Translations under genes and position numbers: made by a program
Shown: positions 25,488 to 35,529 of the stretch, one piece after another
How the letters are laid out: each line of letters begins with the position of its first letter
Numbering within the stretch: position 1 is the stretch's first letter
Notes under the pieces: generated by a model
The model's database searches: none
Told to the model about the DNA's origin: nothing
The model's input: the letters and a program-made list of their open reading frames with translations, nothing else
DNA from: Bdellovibrionales bacterium
GTDB taxonomy: Bacteria > Bdellovibrionota > UBA1018 > CAIMNF01
Direction of reading: 5' to 3'
Length of the DNA stretch: 64,000 nt
Assembly: GCA_040380025.1 (NCBI GenBank)
Contig: JBEIJY010000002.1
Location: 104,239 to 168,238, forward strand

Positions 25488-26619
25488 GATTCAGAGAATC
25501 GTGTTCGTGTTTCCGGACGACCGGTTCGGAGAGGATGAACAGCTTTCGATCGAGGATGTCTCGGAGCTTCACTCCCGGGGTGTGGACTGGAGAGCAGTGT
25601 GCGTGCGGGACAGCGAAGTTCACCATCAGCTCGGAGGCGTCGATTCCTCGCGGTTGATCCTTCTCGATCGAGTGCCTGGTCCGAATCTGGACCGGACCGT
25701 GAGGGATGTGCTCGACGGGATTCTTGAGCCCGGGAGTGTGGTCCATGTGCACGGCTCCCACTGCCTCGGAAGCATCCTGCCCTGGATGCTGAAGCATCCG
25801 AAAATCCCCGTCGTGGTGGCCGAAGGCCCCCGGGCAGAAAAGCGCTTCCGACATTTTTTTCAGAGTTTCTTTTACCCGAGGATCGATGCAGTACTCGTCC
25901 CCTCATCGACGATGAAGCGTCGTGTGTCTCAGATGCGACCGGTGTTGGCAAACCGGATCCGCGTGCTGCACCCCGGGCTCGACTTCAAGGTCTTCAATCC
26001 CGAAAATTTCGATTTTCGGATTCTCCGGAGCAAGTGGGGGATCGACCCCGAGATCTGTGTGGTCGGAATGATCGCATCCCGCGAGTACAAAAAAGCGCAG
26101 TCTGTGTTCATCAAGGCCGCGGCCTCGTTTTTGCGGAACGAAGACCTTGCCTCACGTACGAGGTTTGTGATCGTCGGGTTCGAGCAGGAGGGAAACGAGG
26201 AGCTGATCGCCCTGATCGAGAAGTTCCATTTGCGGGACCAGATCATTCTCGCTCCTGCCGAGCCTTCGGTGCCGAAGGTACTCGGATCGCTCGATGTGTA
26301 CGTGCTTCCCTCGAGCAAGGCGATGTTTGGCTTGCAAGCGATCGAAGCGCTTGCCATGGGCACGCCGATCATTTGTGCGGCAGGCCCCGATTCGGCAGAG
26401 TGGACCGGGAACTCGCAAGGGGGGCTGACCATGAGGTCCGGCGATTCCTTCGACTTGCAGAGAAAGCTCCGCACGATCATCGAGGACCCGGAAGAGCTGA
26501 AGATCATGGGTCAGCGTGCCGTGCAATATGCGCGGGAGCATTATGACCGAAAGATGCGGACGGATCGCTTGCTTCAGATTTATGCGAGAGCGCTCCACCG
26601 GAGAGCCGCTGCGGAATGA
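25468..26619 (+). CDS. Glycosyltransferase family 4 protein
   Basis: GT-B C-terminal motif LDVYVLPS...FGLQAIEALAMGTPII; GTG start after GAGGAGG. Confidence 0.75.
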   Translation: MQFSPAEIQRIVFVFPDDRFGEDEQLSIEDVSELHSRGVDWRAVCVRDSEVHHQLGGVDSSRLILLDRVPGPNLDRTVRDVLDGILEPGSVVHVHGSHCLGSILPWMLKHPKIPVVVAEGPRAEKRFRHFFQSFFYPRIDAVLVPSSTMKRRVSQMRPVLANRIRVLHPGLDFKVFNPENFDFRILRSKWGIDPEICVVGMIASREYKKAQSVFIKAAASFLRNEDLASRTRFVIVGFEQEGNEELIALIEKFHLRDQIILAPAEPSVPKVLGSLDVYVLPSSKAMFGLQAIEALAMGTPIICAAGPDSAEWTGNSQGGLTMRSGDSFDLQRKLRTIIEDPEELKIMGQRAVQYAREHYDRKMRTDRLLQIYARALHRRAAAE

Positions 26620-27093
26620 TCAGAGTTGGACCCGGGATGCGGGACAGGGGCCATACCGGAACGGCACTTCCTTTGTGATCCCGGTGGAGGTCCGGCGGAA
26701 CCGGATGCTTCCGGATCGGCCGCCGTTCGAAGTCTGGACATTCACTTCGGTTCGATTGGTCGAGTTCGATTTTTGAATGACATGTGAGTGGGATGTGCGG
26801 AGATCATAGCCCGCAATGGAGGAGTACAAGATCCCGAAGAAGGTTCCTTCTGGCGAGAATGCCACCCCGATCAGATTCTTACCCGCGTTTGCGACCCAGC
26901 AGTACTGCGCTTGTTCTGGAACCGCTCTGTCCTGGAGTCCGTCATAATGATCCGAGGTCATCCGTGGAGCGCTGTGAACCCACCCGTTGAGTTCGCTCCA
27001 GGCTTCTTGAGCCTGGGCCGAGGGCGAACTCAACGATAATAGAACGAACAAAAGCGAGGCAAGCCGCGAGGCCGACGACCGAACTGATTTCAT
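26620..27093 (-). CDS. Hypothetical secreted protein
   Basis: ATG after GGAGGA; signal peptide AQA-Q. Confidence 0.55.
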   Translation of the reverse strand: MKSVRSSASRLASLLFVLLSLSSPSAQAQEAWSELNGWVHSAPRMTSDHYDGLQDRAVPEQAQYCWVANAGKNLIGVAFSPEGTFFGILYSSIAGYDLRTSHSHVIQKSNSTNRTEVNVQTSNGGRSGSIRFRRTSTGITKEVPFRYGPCPASRVQL

Positions 27094-27127
27094 AAAATCC
27101 TCCCCCATTCCCACCCGTTTCCCGGGT

Positions 27128-28495
27128 CTATTCAGACTTCCAAGCGGCGGCCTTGTCTTCGATGTAAGCCGTGAGTTTTTCGGCCGGGATCCGCTCTTGG
27201 GTCATTCCATCGCGCTCGCGAATGGTCACGGTCTGATCCGCAAGGCTGTCGTAATCGATGGTCACGCAAAACGGAGTACCGATCTCGTCCTGCCGGCGGT
27301 AGCGCTTTCCGATGGTGCCGCTTTCGTCGAAGGTGGCGCGGAAGCGCTTCTTCACATCGCCGTACACTTTGTCCGAGAGCTCCATGAGCTCGGGTTTCTT
27401 CATGAGCGGAAACACCGCGACCTTGTACGGGGCGAGGTTCGGGTGGAGCTTCAATACCGTACGCTCTCCCTCAAGGCGATAGGCATCACACAAGAGCGCC
27501 AAAAGAGCCCGGTCACATCCGACCGAGGTTTCGACCACGTACGGAATGAATTTCTCTTTCGTCGACTCTTCGAAGTATTCGCACTTCTTGCCCGAGAATT
27601 CCTGATGGCGTTTCAGGTCAAAATCAGAGCGGTTGTGGATTCCCTCGATTTCCTGCCAGCCGATGGGGAATTGGTATTCGACATCGAAGGCGGCCCGCGC
27701 GTAGTGCGCAAGCTCCCCCGGTCCGTGCTGGTGGAAACGGAGCTTCGAGCGACGGAGTCCGTTCGCGAGGTGCCACTGGATGCGGATTTCCTTCCATTTT
27801 TCGAACCACTCCATGTCGGTTCCGGGCTTCACGAAAAACTGCATCTCCATCTGCTCGAACTCGCGGGTACGGAAGATGAAATTGCCGGGGGTGATCTCGT
27901 TCCGGAAGGCTTTTCCGATCTGGGCGATCCCGAACGGCACTTTTTGGCGGGCGCTTTGTTGGACGTTTTCGAAGTTCACGAAGATCCCCTGCGCGGTCTC
28001 GGGGCGAAGGTAGACGACGCTTGCCGAGTCCTCGAGCGGACCCATGAAGGTCTTGAACATCAGGTTGAACTGGCGGGGTTCGGTGAGCTGGCACTCGCTC
28101 ATTCCACCGGGACGGACAGAGGGTTTTTTGCCGCAGTTCGCATGTTCGAGTTTGTCGGCGCGAAAGCGCCCTTTGCAGGTTTTGCAATCGACGAGCGGGT
28201 CGACAAAGCCTTCGACATGGCCCGAGGCCTCCCAGGTTCGCGGGTGCATCAGAATGGAGGCGTCGATTCCCTCGACATCATCGCGATCGGTCATCGCGCG
28301 CCACCACGACTCCTTGATGTTGCGTTTCAGCTCCACGCCGAGCGGACCGTAATCCCAGCAGGAACCGATCCCGCCGTAAATTTCGGACGAGGGAAAGATG
28401 AATCCGCGTCGTTTGCAGAGGGAGACCAGGTCCTGAAAGCTCTCGAGCTCTTTGGATTCGACGGGCGCGGGGGTCGCATTCGGTGTTTCGCTCAT
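27128..28495 (-). CDS. glyQS: Glycine--tRNA ligase (alpha2 type)
   Basis: [46 protein letters not shown] motifs. Confidence 0.96.
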   Translation of the reverse strand: MSETPNATPAPVESKELESFQDLVSLCKRRGFIFPSSEIYGGIGSCWDYGPLGVELKRNIKESWWRAMTDRDDVEGIDASILMHPRTWEASGHVEGFVDPLVDCKTCKGRFRADKLEHANCGKKPSVRPGGMSECQLTEPRQFNLMFKTFMGPLEDSASVVYLRPETAQGIFVNFENVQQSARQKVPFGIAQIGKAFRNEITPGNFIFRTREFEQMEMQFFVKPGTDMEWFEKWKEIRIQWHLANGLRRSKLRFHQHGPGELAHYARAAFDVEYQFPIGWQEIEGIHNRSDFDLKRHQEFSGKKCEYFEESTKEKFIPYVVETSVGCDRALLALLCDAYRLEGERTVLKLHPNLAPYKVAVFPLMKKPELMELSDKVYGDVKKRFRATFDESGTIGKRYRRQDEIGTPFCVTIDYDSLADQTVTIRERDGMTQERIPAEKLTAYIEDKAAAWKSE

Positions 28496-28534
28496 AATAG
28501 GGAAGAGGCTAGCACAGCGCGAGAAAATTGAAAA

Positions 28535-29692
28535 TCAGGGGCCGGCTCTTTCATCAAAGTGGCCGGACCAGAGAGCGTGCAAAAAATCCTCCACCGGGTA
28601 GCATTCGATCCCGCCGTCCCATTGTCTGGCTCCGGTGTCAAAAGACACCATCACGAAGCGTTTGAATTTTTTTTCTTCCTGAAGCGCTCTCAAGCCCTTG
28701 AAGTGTCGTTCCGAGAGCCGGTTGGTGCTTTTCACCTCGATTGCCACGCGATCATCGAGGCAAAAATCAACCTCATGTCCGGCAGTGGAGCGCCAGAAGG
28801 AGATTGGCTCGTGGGTTTTTCGATAGCTTCGATGGCATCGGAGCTCATGAAGAATCCAGTGCTCAAGCGCGATTCCGAAGTCATCGGAATTCCGATTGAG
28901 TTCTTTCCGGTCGATCAGGGCAGCCTGGACTCCCGGATCGAACAGGTAAAATTTGACGGTTTGAATGGCTTTTCTTTTTTTAGAAAGTCGCCAGGGCTCA
29001 AGCTCCGTACCGATCAGGGTATCCCGCAACAACTCGAAATAAGCGCGAACCGTGGTCTCGGGAACCCCGGAGTCGCTTGATACCGAGGAATAGTTCAAAA
29101 GTTGTCCCGAGCTCAATGCCGCGATTTTCAGGAAGCGTACGAACTGGCCCAGATTCCTTACGGCCGCCTCCTCTTCGATTTCCTGCTTCAGGTAGGTGTC
29201 GGTATAGGCCTTCAGGTCGGCCCAAGGGTCGTCACTCAGCAAAACAGAGGGAAGCGATCCGTAGTGAAGCTTGCGTTCCAGCGGAACGGACGGGGACTCT
29301 CCATGGGTGACCCCGAACATTTCGAGCACCCTTGCCCTGCCACCGAGGAGGTTGGCAGAGGATCGCTTCAGTTTTCGGGCGCTACTGCCCGTAAGAAGGA
29401 AGCGGATCTTTTTTTCTTCGATCAGGGCATGAACCTCGTCGAGCAGATCGGGGATTTTTTGGATTTCATCGATGACCACGCCTTTTTTTCGGGGGTCGAT
29501 CATGTTTCGCAGATACCCCGGGTTTTCGATCAGCCGGAGGCGATCCTCGCTTCGGAGCAGTGAGATCAGTTGATATTCCGGGACCAGGGTTTCCCGGATC
29601 AAGGAGGTTTTTCCGACCCCCCGAGGGCCGAATAAAAAGTGGGATTTGGCCTGAACGGCCCCTTTGAGATCCAGTGTTCGTGAAAAGAGCAT
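28535..29692 (-). CDS. AAA+ ATPase with DUF4143 and C-terminal PD-(D/E)xK-like segment
   Basis: GPRGVGKT, VIDEIQK, LTGSSA, KFYLFDPG, EVDF...AIEVK. Confidence 0.88.
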   Translation of the reverse strand: MLFSRTLDLKGAVQAKSHFLFGPRGVGKTSLIRETLVPEYQLISLLRSEDRLRLIENPGYLRNMIDPRKKGVVIDEIQKIPDLLDEVHALIEEKKIRFLLTGSSARKLKRSSANLLGGRARVLEMFGVTHGESPSVPLERKLHYGSLPSVLLSDDPWADLKAYTDTYLKQEIEEEAAVRNLGQFVRFLKIAALSSGQLLNYSSVSSDSGVPETTVRAYFELLRDTLIGTELEPWRLSKKRKAIQTVKFYLFDPGVQAALIDRKELNRNSDDFGIALEHWILHELRCHRSYRKTHEPISFWRSTAGHEVDFCLDDRVAIEVKSTNRLSERHFKGLRALQEEKKFKRFVMVSFDTGARQWDGGIECYPVEDFLHALWSGHFDERAGP

Positions 29693-29714
29693 CTTTTGCA
29701 GGATACTCGATTAT

Positions 29715-29764
29715 TCCCCTGTGGAGTAGCGGATTATCATGATTATCCGCTACTCCACAGAGGA
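29715..29764. promoter_or_regulatory. Near-perfect 50-bp palindrome upstream of the DUF4143 ATPase
   Basis: CTGTGGAGTAGCGGAT-T-ATCATGAT-T-ATCCGCTACTCCACAG (29719-29760), extendable by TCC/GGA. Confidence 0.65.
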
Positions 29765-29780
29765 TGGTTATGGTTTGGAG

Positions 29781-30731
29781 CTATTTTTCATCCCAAAGGA
29801 CCTGAAGCGCCGTCTGCCCCACGGCCTTCAGCGAGACCCTCGAGATGCCCTCGGAGGTGTCTTTGAGGGTATGCCACTGGGGCGGAAACCTCCCGTAAGG
29901 CGTGATGTGGATTAGGTCGACCACGGGCACCTTGAGGCCCTCCATCAGGTAGAAATGATCATCAATGATCGCTCCCGTGCGGTACCCCGGAAAGTAATCC
30001 TGGAACCCGGCCTTTTTTGCGGCGGCTCTGATTTTCTCGACCACCGGACCCGCCCGTTCCATCGAATAGGCCTCGATCGGAAACACGGCGCCGATTCCCC
30101 CGACCATGTCAAAGTTGATCCCGAAGCGGGGTTGGTAGCCTGCCGGAATCGGGTTTTTGGCAAAGTGCTGGGAGCCCAGACAGTAGCTGTTCTCGGTGCT
30201 CGGGTTCCCCCAATCCTCGGCATCCAGAAACAAAAGATCCACGCCGAACGGCAAGTCCTTTCCCTGGAGGGCTGATGCGATTCCGAGCAGGACCACGACG
30301 CCGCTTCCGCCGTCATTCACTGCCGGAACGGGGCGGGTCCGGTTTTTCGGATCGGGGTCTTCATCGGCGAAGGGGCGCGCATCCCAGTGCGCCGAAAAAA
30401 GATATCTTGTTTTTGCCGAGGGGTTGATCCGGCCCAGGATGTTCCGGATGGGAATGGTCTTTTTGTCAAAGGTCACGGCCGAGGCCGTTTGTTCGATGAC
30501 CTCGGCGCCCGATGATTTCAGGGCGGATGCGATCCAGTCTCCGGTGGCAAGGCTTGCGGCAGAGCCGGGAACGGCGGGGCCCTTTTTTTCGTACTCGAGA
30601 ATCCGGGAATAGGCGAGGTTCTCATCGAACGCCGGTGGAGGTCCTTTCACCGCTTTCGAGCCGAAGAACGGGAGCGAGCATCCCGAAAGGAGCGCCGCCA
30701 AAACACCGAAAGAAATCAGATGGCTTCTCAT
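29781..30731 (-). CDS. M28 family peptidase / glutaminyl cyclase-like lipoprotein
   Basis: Lipobox LSGC; AHWD, NDGGSG, DAED, DMVG, DDH, WHT motifs. Confidence 0.85.
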   Translation of the reverse strand: MRSHLISFGVLAALLSGCSLPFFGSKAVKGPPPAFDENLAYSRILEYEKKGPAVPGSAASLATGDWIASALKSSGAEVIEQTASAVTFDKKTIPIRNILGRINPSAKTRYLFSAHWDARPFADEDPDPKNRTRPVPAVNDGGSGVVVLLGIASALQGKDLPFGVDLLFLDAEDWGNPSTENSYCLGSQHFAKNPIPAGYQPRFGINFDMVGGIGAVFPIEAYSMERAGPVVEKIRAAAKKAGFQDYFPGYRTGAIIDDHFYLMEGLKVPVVDLIHITPYGRFPPQWHTLKDTSEGISRVSLKAVGQTALQVLWDEK

Positions 30732-31195
30732 GTTCCGGGCCTGTAGTAGCCGGTCACCCAGGCAAAGATCCACATGGGGCCAATGAAGAGGTGCTCCAGC
30801 GAGGTGAAGAAGGCGGGAGATTTTTTTTCGTATACGATGTGTCCGAAGAACTGCAGCACCCACCCGATCACCTGAAGGGCGATCAGAACGTTCAGGTGCA
30901 AGTGCCGCGCAATCAGGTAGTTCGCGAAGCCATACAGAAAAAACGGGATTCCGAGTTTCCAGTCCACCCGGAGCGAGAAGATTCCTCCGGCGATCGCAAG
31001 GATGAGACCGAGGTCCAGCCGCAGAAGGCTCTCGGCGGAAGGCGCCCAAAGCACAACCTGGGCCAAAAGGCCTACGAGGCTGAAGAGCACGAGTGGAATG
31101 CCCACAAGGTGCGTGCGTTTGTTCCCTTTGGTTTGATGATACTGCTCGTAGTCCTTGAAGTAGATGATCAATGCCGGAGTCGGTAAGGTTGCCAT
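30728..31195 (-). CDS. Mpo1-like / DUF962 membrane protein
   Basis: YEQYHQTKGNKRTHLVGIP, GWVLQFFGH..YEKKSPA motifs. Confidence 0.85.
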   Translation of the reverse strand: MATLPTPALIIYFKDYEQYHQTKGNKRTHLVGIPLVLFSLVGLLAQVVLWAPSAESLLRLDLGLILAIAGGIFSLRVDWKLGIPFFLYGFANYLIARHLHLNVLIALQVIGWVLQFFGHIVYEKKSPAFFTSLEHLFIGPMWIFAWVTGYYRPGT

Positions 31196-31271
31196 GGCTC
31201 CACACTAACGGAAGATTTGGCGGGATTTCAATCGATTCATCCGGGGGCAAACCGGTTTTTTGCGGGATGGT

Positions 31272-32753
31272 TCAAAGCGTCTTCAGGTATTCGAGCAGAT
31301 TCAGCCGGTCCTCTTCGGTGAACCGCTCCAGGAATCCGAAAAAGTGCCCGCGGTTGGACTGCTCCGGCAGCCGCGTATCGCGGATCTGTCGGGGGGATTT
31401 TGCAAGCGCCGGATCTTCCCGGGTCAATCCCATCCGCGCGCGGTCATAGCGATGTTCTTCGCCGGCATCCCGAAGCGAGAAGACAAGAGTCCTGTTTTCG
31501 GGCGGAAGGAGCAATTCATACAGCGTCGGGACCGAGCCGTTATGCAGGTACGGAAACCGGGCCCAGATTCCCCAAAGCTGGGGGGCAAGATAACCCGGTT
31601 CGGCCTCTTGCAGGGGAGCAAGCCGGTTCCACTCGGTTTTCTCGACGAGCGCCCTGTATTTTTGATCGATCGAGAGGGTGCGTGCGGGATCAGTGCCGAT
31701 TTTTTCGAGCGGCATCCGCTTGGGAGGAAAATACAGAGGCTCTCCCGAAGCCGTTCGTTCATGGGCTTGATGGCAACGAATGCAGGTCTGCTCGAAGAGG
31801 ATTTTTCCGGCCTTGGCTCGGGAGATTTCGATCGGGTAGGGGTAGCGGGGCGGCTCGATGCGATTCACGAGCGCGTACATGCGCTTCAGACTCTCCTCGT
31901 TTTCGAGAATGTGCGAAGCGCCCGGTCCGCTGACCGCCATCTCGGCGCCCATCATCCAGCCCAAGCCCCCGATCCAGCCATCCATCGAGCGGCCCTCGCC
32001 GTTTGCCGAGAACCCCGTGGCTCGTTTGGCCGCAATTCCCCAAAGGTGCGGCGGCTTCACGACTCCGCGAGGGGTGTCGGGAGTCGGAAATGGCATTCTG
32101 AGCTCGCGGTACACCCACGACTTGATCATGGCGGTCGAAACAAGACCCTGGCTCAGGTTCGAGATCGCGGGATCGGACGAGAGTCTTGCGAACTCAAGCG
32201 AGTTTTCGTAGGCCGCCTGCGCGTTCCGGCCTACCCCGAGAGATCCCCAGGCCTTCAGGATTTTCATGGTGTCGGAGCTCATGACAAAGGGATCGATCGT
32301 CTTGTTCCCGAGGCCCGCGTAGAAGCGACCCGCGGCTTTTCCGCTGTGGCAGGAGGCGCAGCCTGCAATGAAGACCTGCCGGTTCTGGAAGCGCGTTTGC
32401 AGCATGCCCGCGACGCGCACGCCGGGGGAGGCTCCCTCGCGGGATTCGATCGGAAGCAAAACCAAGCCGTATTGGTCCCGAAGCCGCTCGATGGGTTTCA
32501 GCCCTTGAAGAACTCGGTTCCGGTGGAGCTGAAACGGCAGTACCGATTCGCCATCGGTGCCGAAGGTCGAGGGGAAGAGCCACCGGGCCAGATCGAAGGC
32601 TTTGGGCATGGCGAAGATCAGCCCGTGCCCGTTTTGATAGTAACTTGCCCGAAGGAATTCCTCGGTGACCGATTGCGCACGGGCAGAGCCCTGAAAGAAC
32701 GCAGAAAAAACCAGAATGCGAAACACCCAAGAACGAATCAGCCCCGAACCCAT
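31272..32753 (-). CDS. Exported dihaem c-type cytochrome, RoxA / cytochrome c peroxidase-like
   Basis: Two CxxCH (CASCH, CIRCH); IGTDP, LWGIWARFPYLHNGSVPTL, SNRGH motifs; signal peptide. Confidence 0.78.
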   Translation of the reverse strand: MGSGLIRSWVFRILVFSAFFQGSARAQSVTEEFLRASYYQNGHGLIFAMPKAFDLARWLFPSTFGTDGESVLPFQLHRNRVLQGLKPIERLRDQYGLVLLPIESREGASPGVRVAGMLQTRFQNRQVFIAGCASCHSGKAAGRFYAGLGNKTIDPFVMSSDTMKILKAWGSLGVGRNAQAAYENSLEFARLSSDPAISNLSQGLVSTAMIKSWVYRELRMPFPTPDTPRGVVKPPHLWGIAAKRATGFSANGEGRSMDGWIGGLGWMMGAEMAVSGPGASHILENEESLKRMYALVNRIEPPRYPYPIEISRAKAGKILFEQTCIRCHQAHERTASGEPLYFPPKRMPLEKIGTDPARTLSIDQKYRALVEKTEWNRLAPLQEAEPGYLAPQLWGIWARFPYLHNGSVPTLYELLLPPENRTLVFSLRDAGEEHRYDRARMGLTREDPALAKSPRQIRDTRLPEQSNRGHFFGFLERFTEEDRLNLLEYLKTL

Positions 32754-32865
32754 GGCGTGCAGTCTAGCGGGGGCTCGGGGGTGGGGCAAGGGAAAGCAAG
32801 GAAAGTCTGGTGCTGGTTTTAACCCCTTGCCCGAACCCCCCTGATTCCAGTACCTTGTGGGCCTT

Positions 32866-35529
32866 ATGACAGGCGCACAAATCCGCAAGATCTTCCTCGA
32901 TTATTTCAAGAAAAACGGCCACACCGTGGTCGACAGCTCGTCGCTGATCCCCTCGAACGATCCGACTCTCATGTTCACGACCGCGGGGATGGTCCAGTTC
33001 AAGGATGTGTTCCTCGGAAAAGACCCGCGCCCCTACACCCGCGCGACCTCGTCGCAAAAATGCGTGCGCGCCGGAGGCAAGCACAACGACCTCGAGAACG
33101 TGGGCTTCACCGCCCGCCACCATACTTTTTTCGAGATGCTCGGGAATTTTTCGTTTGGCGACTACTTCAAGAAGGACGCGATTCATTTTGCCTGGGAGCT
33201 CGTGACCAAGGAGCTGAAGCTCCCGAAAGACCGTCTTTATGTGACCGTGTTCGAAACCGACGACGAGGCGGCCGAGATCTGGCACAAGCAGGAAGGCGTG
33301 CCGCTTGATCGCATTTACCGCTTCGGCGAAAAAGACAACTTCTGGTCGATGGGCGATACCGGCCCTTGCGGCCCCTGCACCGAGCTCTTCATCGATCGCG
33401 GCGAAAAATACGGGTGTGGCAAGCCCACCTGCAAGATGGGCTGTGATTGCGACCGGTACATGGAGTTCTGGAACCTCGTGTTCATGCAGTACGACCGGGA
33501 CGCCGAAGGAAAGCTCCATCCGCTCCCGAAGCCCTCGGTTGACACGGGTGCGGGGCTTGAGCGCCTGGCCTCGATTCTTCAGGATGTCGAGACCAACTAC
33601 GACACCGACATGTTTGTCGACATCATTCAAAAAATCTCAAAGCTCGCGGGCAAACCCTACAACCCGAAAACCAAGGATGAGTCCGTGTTCTCGTTCCGTG
33701 TGATCGCGGATCATGCGCGCGCCACGACCTTTTTGATCGGCGACGGCGTGATGCCCTCGAACGAGGGTCGGGGTTATGTGCTTCGCCGGATCATGAGGCG
33801 GGCCATCCGCCACGGCCGGAAGCTCGGCTTTGACGGTCCGTTTTTGCACCAGTGCTGCGGGTTTGTGATCGAGCAGATGAAAGAGGCGTTTCCGGATCTG
33901 ATCGAGAAGCGCGCTTTCATCGAGCGCGCCGTCCAGGCCGAAGAGGAGCAATTCTTCAAGACCCTCGATCGCGGTCTGGGGCTTCTGGATGAGGAGCTGA
34001 AAAAGCTGGGCGCAAAGAACACGCTTCCGGGCACCGTCGCCTTCACTCTTTATGACACGTTCGGATTCCCCCTCGATCTGACCCGCACCATTTGTGAGGA
34101 ACGCAAGATCGCGGTCGATGAAAAAGGCTTTGAGGCCGCGATGGAAAAACAGCGCGAGGAATCGCGCAAGCACTGGAAGGGTACCGGCGATCAGGAGCTC
34201 TCGGCCGAGTGGTTCACTCTCGCTGACACGCTCAAAAAGCAAGGCAAGCTCCCCGAGTTCACGGGCTACGAGCATCTCGAAACCGAAGGCGAGACCCTGG
34301 CCGTGATTCCATCGCAGGCCGAAGACGGTTCGATTCTGACTCTCGCGGTCTTTTCGAAAACCCCGTTCTATGGCGAGTCGGGGGGCCAGACCGGCGACCG
34401 GGGGCGCGTCTCATGCGCAAGCTTCGAGGGCGAGGTGGTGGATGTCCAGAAGCCCGTGCCCGAATTGATCGTCGCCCACATCAAGCCCAAGCGCGGGATT
34501 TTGAAGGTCGGAGATCGTGTCACCCAGACCGTGTCGGACGAAACGCGTGCGCTCACCGCGCGGAATCACACCGCAACCCACATGCTGCAATGGGCGCTTC
34601 GAAAAGTGCTCGGGAATCACGTCAAACAGGCAGGATCGCTCGTCACGCCTGAACTTCTGCGCTTTGATTTTTCACACTTCCAGGCCATGACTCCGGCCGA
34701 GATCCAGCTTGTGGAGGATCTCGTGAATGGCAAGATTTGGTCCGGGGATTCGGTCGAAAAGCGGGTCATGAATAAGGATCAGGCGGTGGCGGCCGGTGCG
34801 ATCGCGTTTTTTGGCGAGAAATACGGCGACGAGGTCCGCGTCGTGCGCGTCGGCGATTACTCGACCGAGCTTTGCGGCGGAACGCACGTGAATGCAAGCT
34901 CGGACATTCATCTGTTCAAGATCGCAAGCGAGTCCGGGATTGCGGCGGGTGTGCGCCGGATCATCGCCTATACCTCGAAGGGTGCCTTCCAATACTTGCG
35001 GGATCAGGACCTGCGCCTGAAGTCGCTTCGCGACCAGGTGAAGGCCTCGTCAGTCGACGAGATCGGCAACAAGATCGAGCGGCTTTTTGAAGAACAACGT
35101 GAGTTGAAGAAGCACATCGAGAAGCTCGAGGGAGCACAACAAGGAGCGGAGATCGAAGAGCTTCTTTCCAAAGCCGAGATGGTCTCGGGGGTCAAAGTGA
35201 TTTCGGGCGTCGTGGCGAAGTCGGGCGATGGAATGAAAAAGCTTCGCGAGATGGCCGACAAGCTCAAGCAAAAGGAGCCTGCTTCGGTGTCGGTACTCGG
35301 CATTTTTGAGCCGGGCGAAACCGCCGAGAAGCCCTTCCTCGTGGTTGCGGTGGGAGCAAAGGTCGCAGGTGTGAACGCGGGCGAGATCATCAAGGGATCC
35401 GCGGCTGAATTTGGCGGCAAGGGCGGGGGAAAACCCGATTTTGCGCAAGCCGGAGGCGCACGCGCTTCGGATCTGCCCGTTGCCGTCCAAGTTGCGAAAA
35501 AGCTCGTCTGCGACAGGCTGGGCAAGTGA
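32866..35529 (+). CDS. alaS: Alanine--tRNA ligase
   Basis: DPTLMFTTAGMVQFK, HHTFFEMLGNFSFGDYFK, NHTATH, ELCGGTH, GGGKPDFAQAGG. Confidence 0.97.
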   Translation: MTGAQIRKIFLDYFKKNGHTVVDSSSLIPSNDPTLMFTTAGMVQFKDVFLGKDPRPYTRATSSQKCVRAGGKHNDLENVGFTARHHTFFEMLGNFSFGDYFKKDAIHFAWELVTKELKLPKDRLYVTVFETDDEAAEIWHKQEGVPLDRIYRFGEKDNFWSMGDTGPCGPCTELFIDRGEKYGCGKPTCKMGCDCDRYMEFWNLVFMQYDRDAEGKLHPLPKPSVDTGAGLERLASILQDVETNYDTDMFVDIIQKISKLAGKPYNPKTKDESVFSFRVIADHARATTFLIGDGVMPSNEGRGYVLRRIMRRAIRHGRKLGFDGPFLHQCCGFVIEQMKEAFPDLIEKRAFIERAVQAEEEQFFKTLDRGLGLLDEELKKLGAKNTLPGTVAFTLYDTFGFPLDLTRTICEERKIAVDEKGFEAAMEKQREESRKHWKGTGDQELSAEWFTLADTLKKQGKLPEFTGYEHLETEGETLAVIPSQAEDGSILTLAVFSKTPFYGESGGQTGDRGRVSCASFEGEVVDVQKPVPELIVAHIKPKRGILKVGDRVTQTVSDETRALTARNHTATHMLQWALRKVLGNHVKQAGSLVTPELLRFDFSHFQAMTPAEIQLVEDLVNGKIWSGDSVEKRVMNKDQAVAAGAIAFFGEKYGDEVRVVRVGDYSTELCGGTHVNASSDIHLFKIASESGIAAGVRRIIAYTSKGAFQYLRDQDLRLKSLRDQVKASSVDEIGNKIERLFEEQRELKKHIEKLEGAQQGAEIEELLSKAEMVSGVKVISGVVAKSGDGMKKLREMADKLKQKEPASVSVLGIFEPGETAEKPFLVVAVGAKVAGVNAGEIIKGSAAEFGGKGGGKPDFAQAGGARASDLPVAVQVAKKLVCDRLGK

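Noticed and set aside
27197..28531. Long antisense ORFs (also 7861-9075, 53136-54857, 31260-32822, 56756-58267)
   Set aside because: Shadows of real genes caused by GC-rich codon bias; no recognisable motifs
29781..31250. 489-aa M28 ORF as a single long protein
   Set aside because: The upstream part overlaps the DUF962 gene in another frame; the lipoprotein signal begins at 30731
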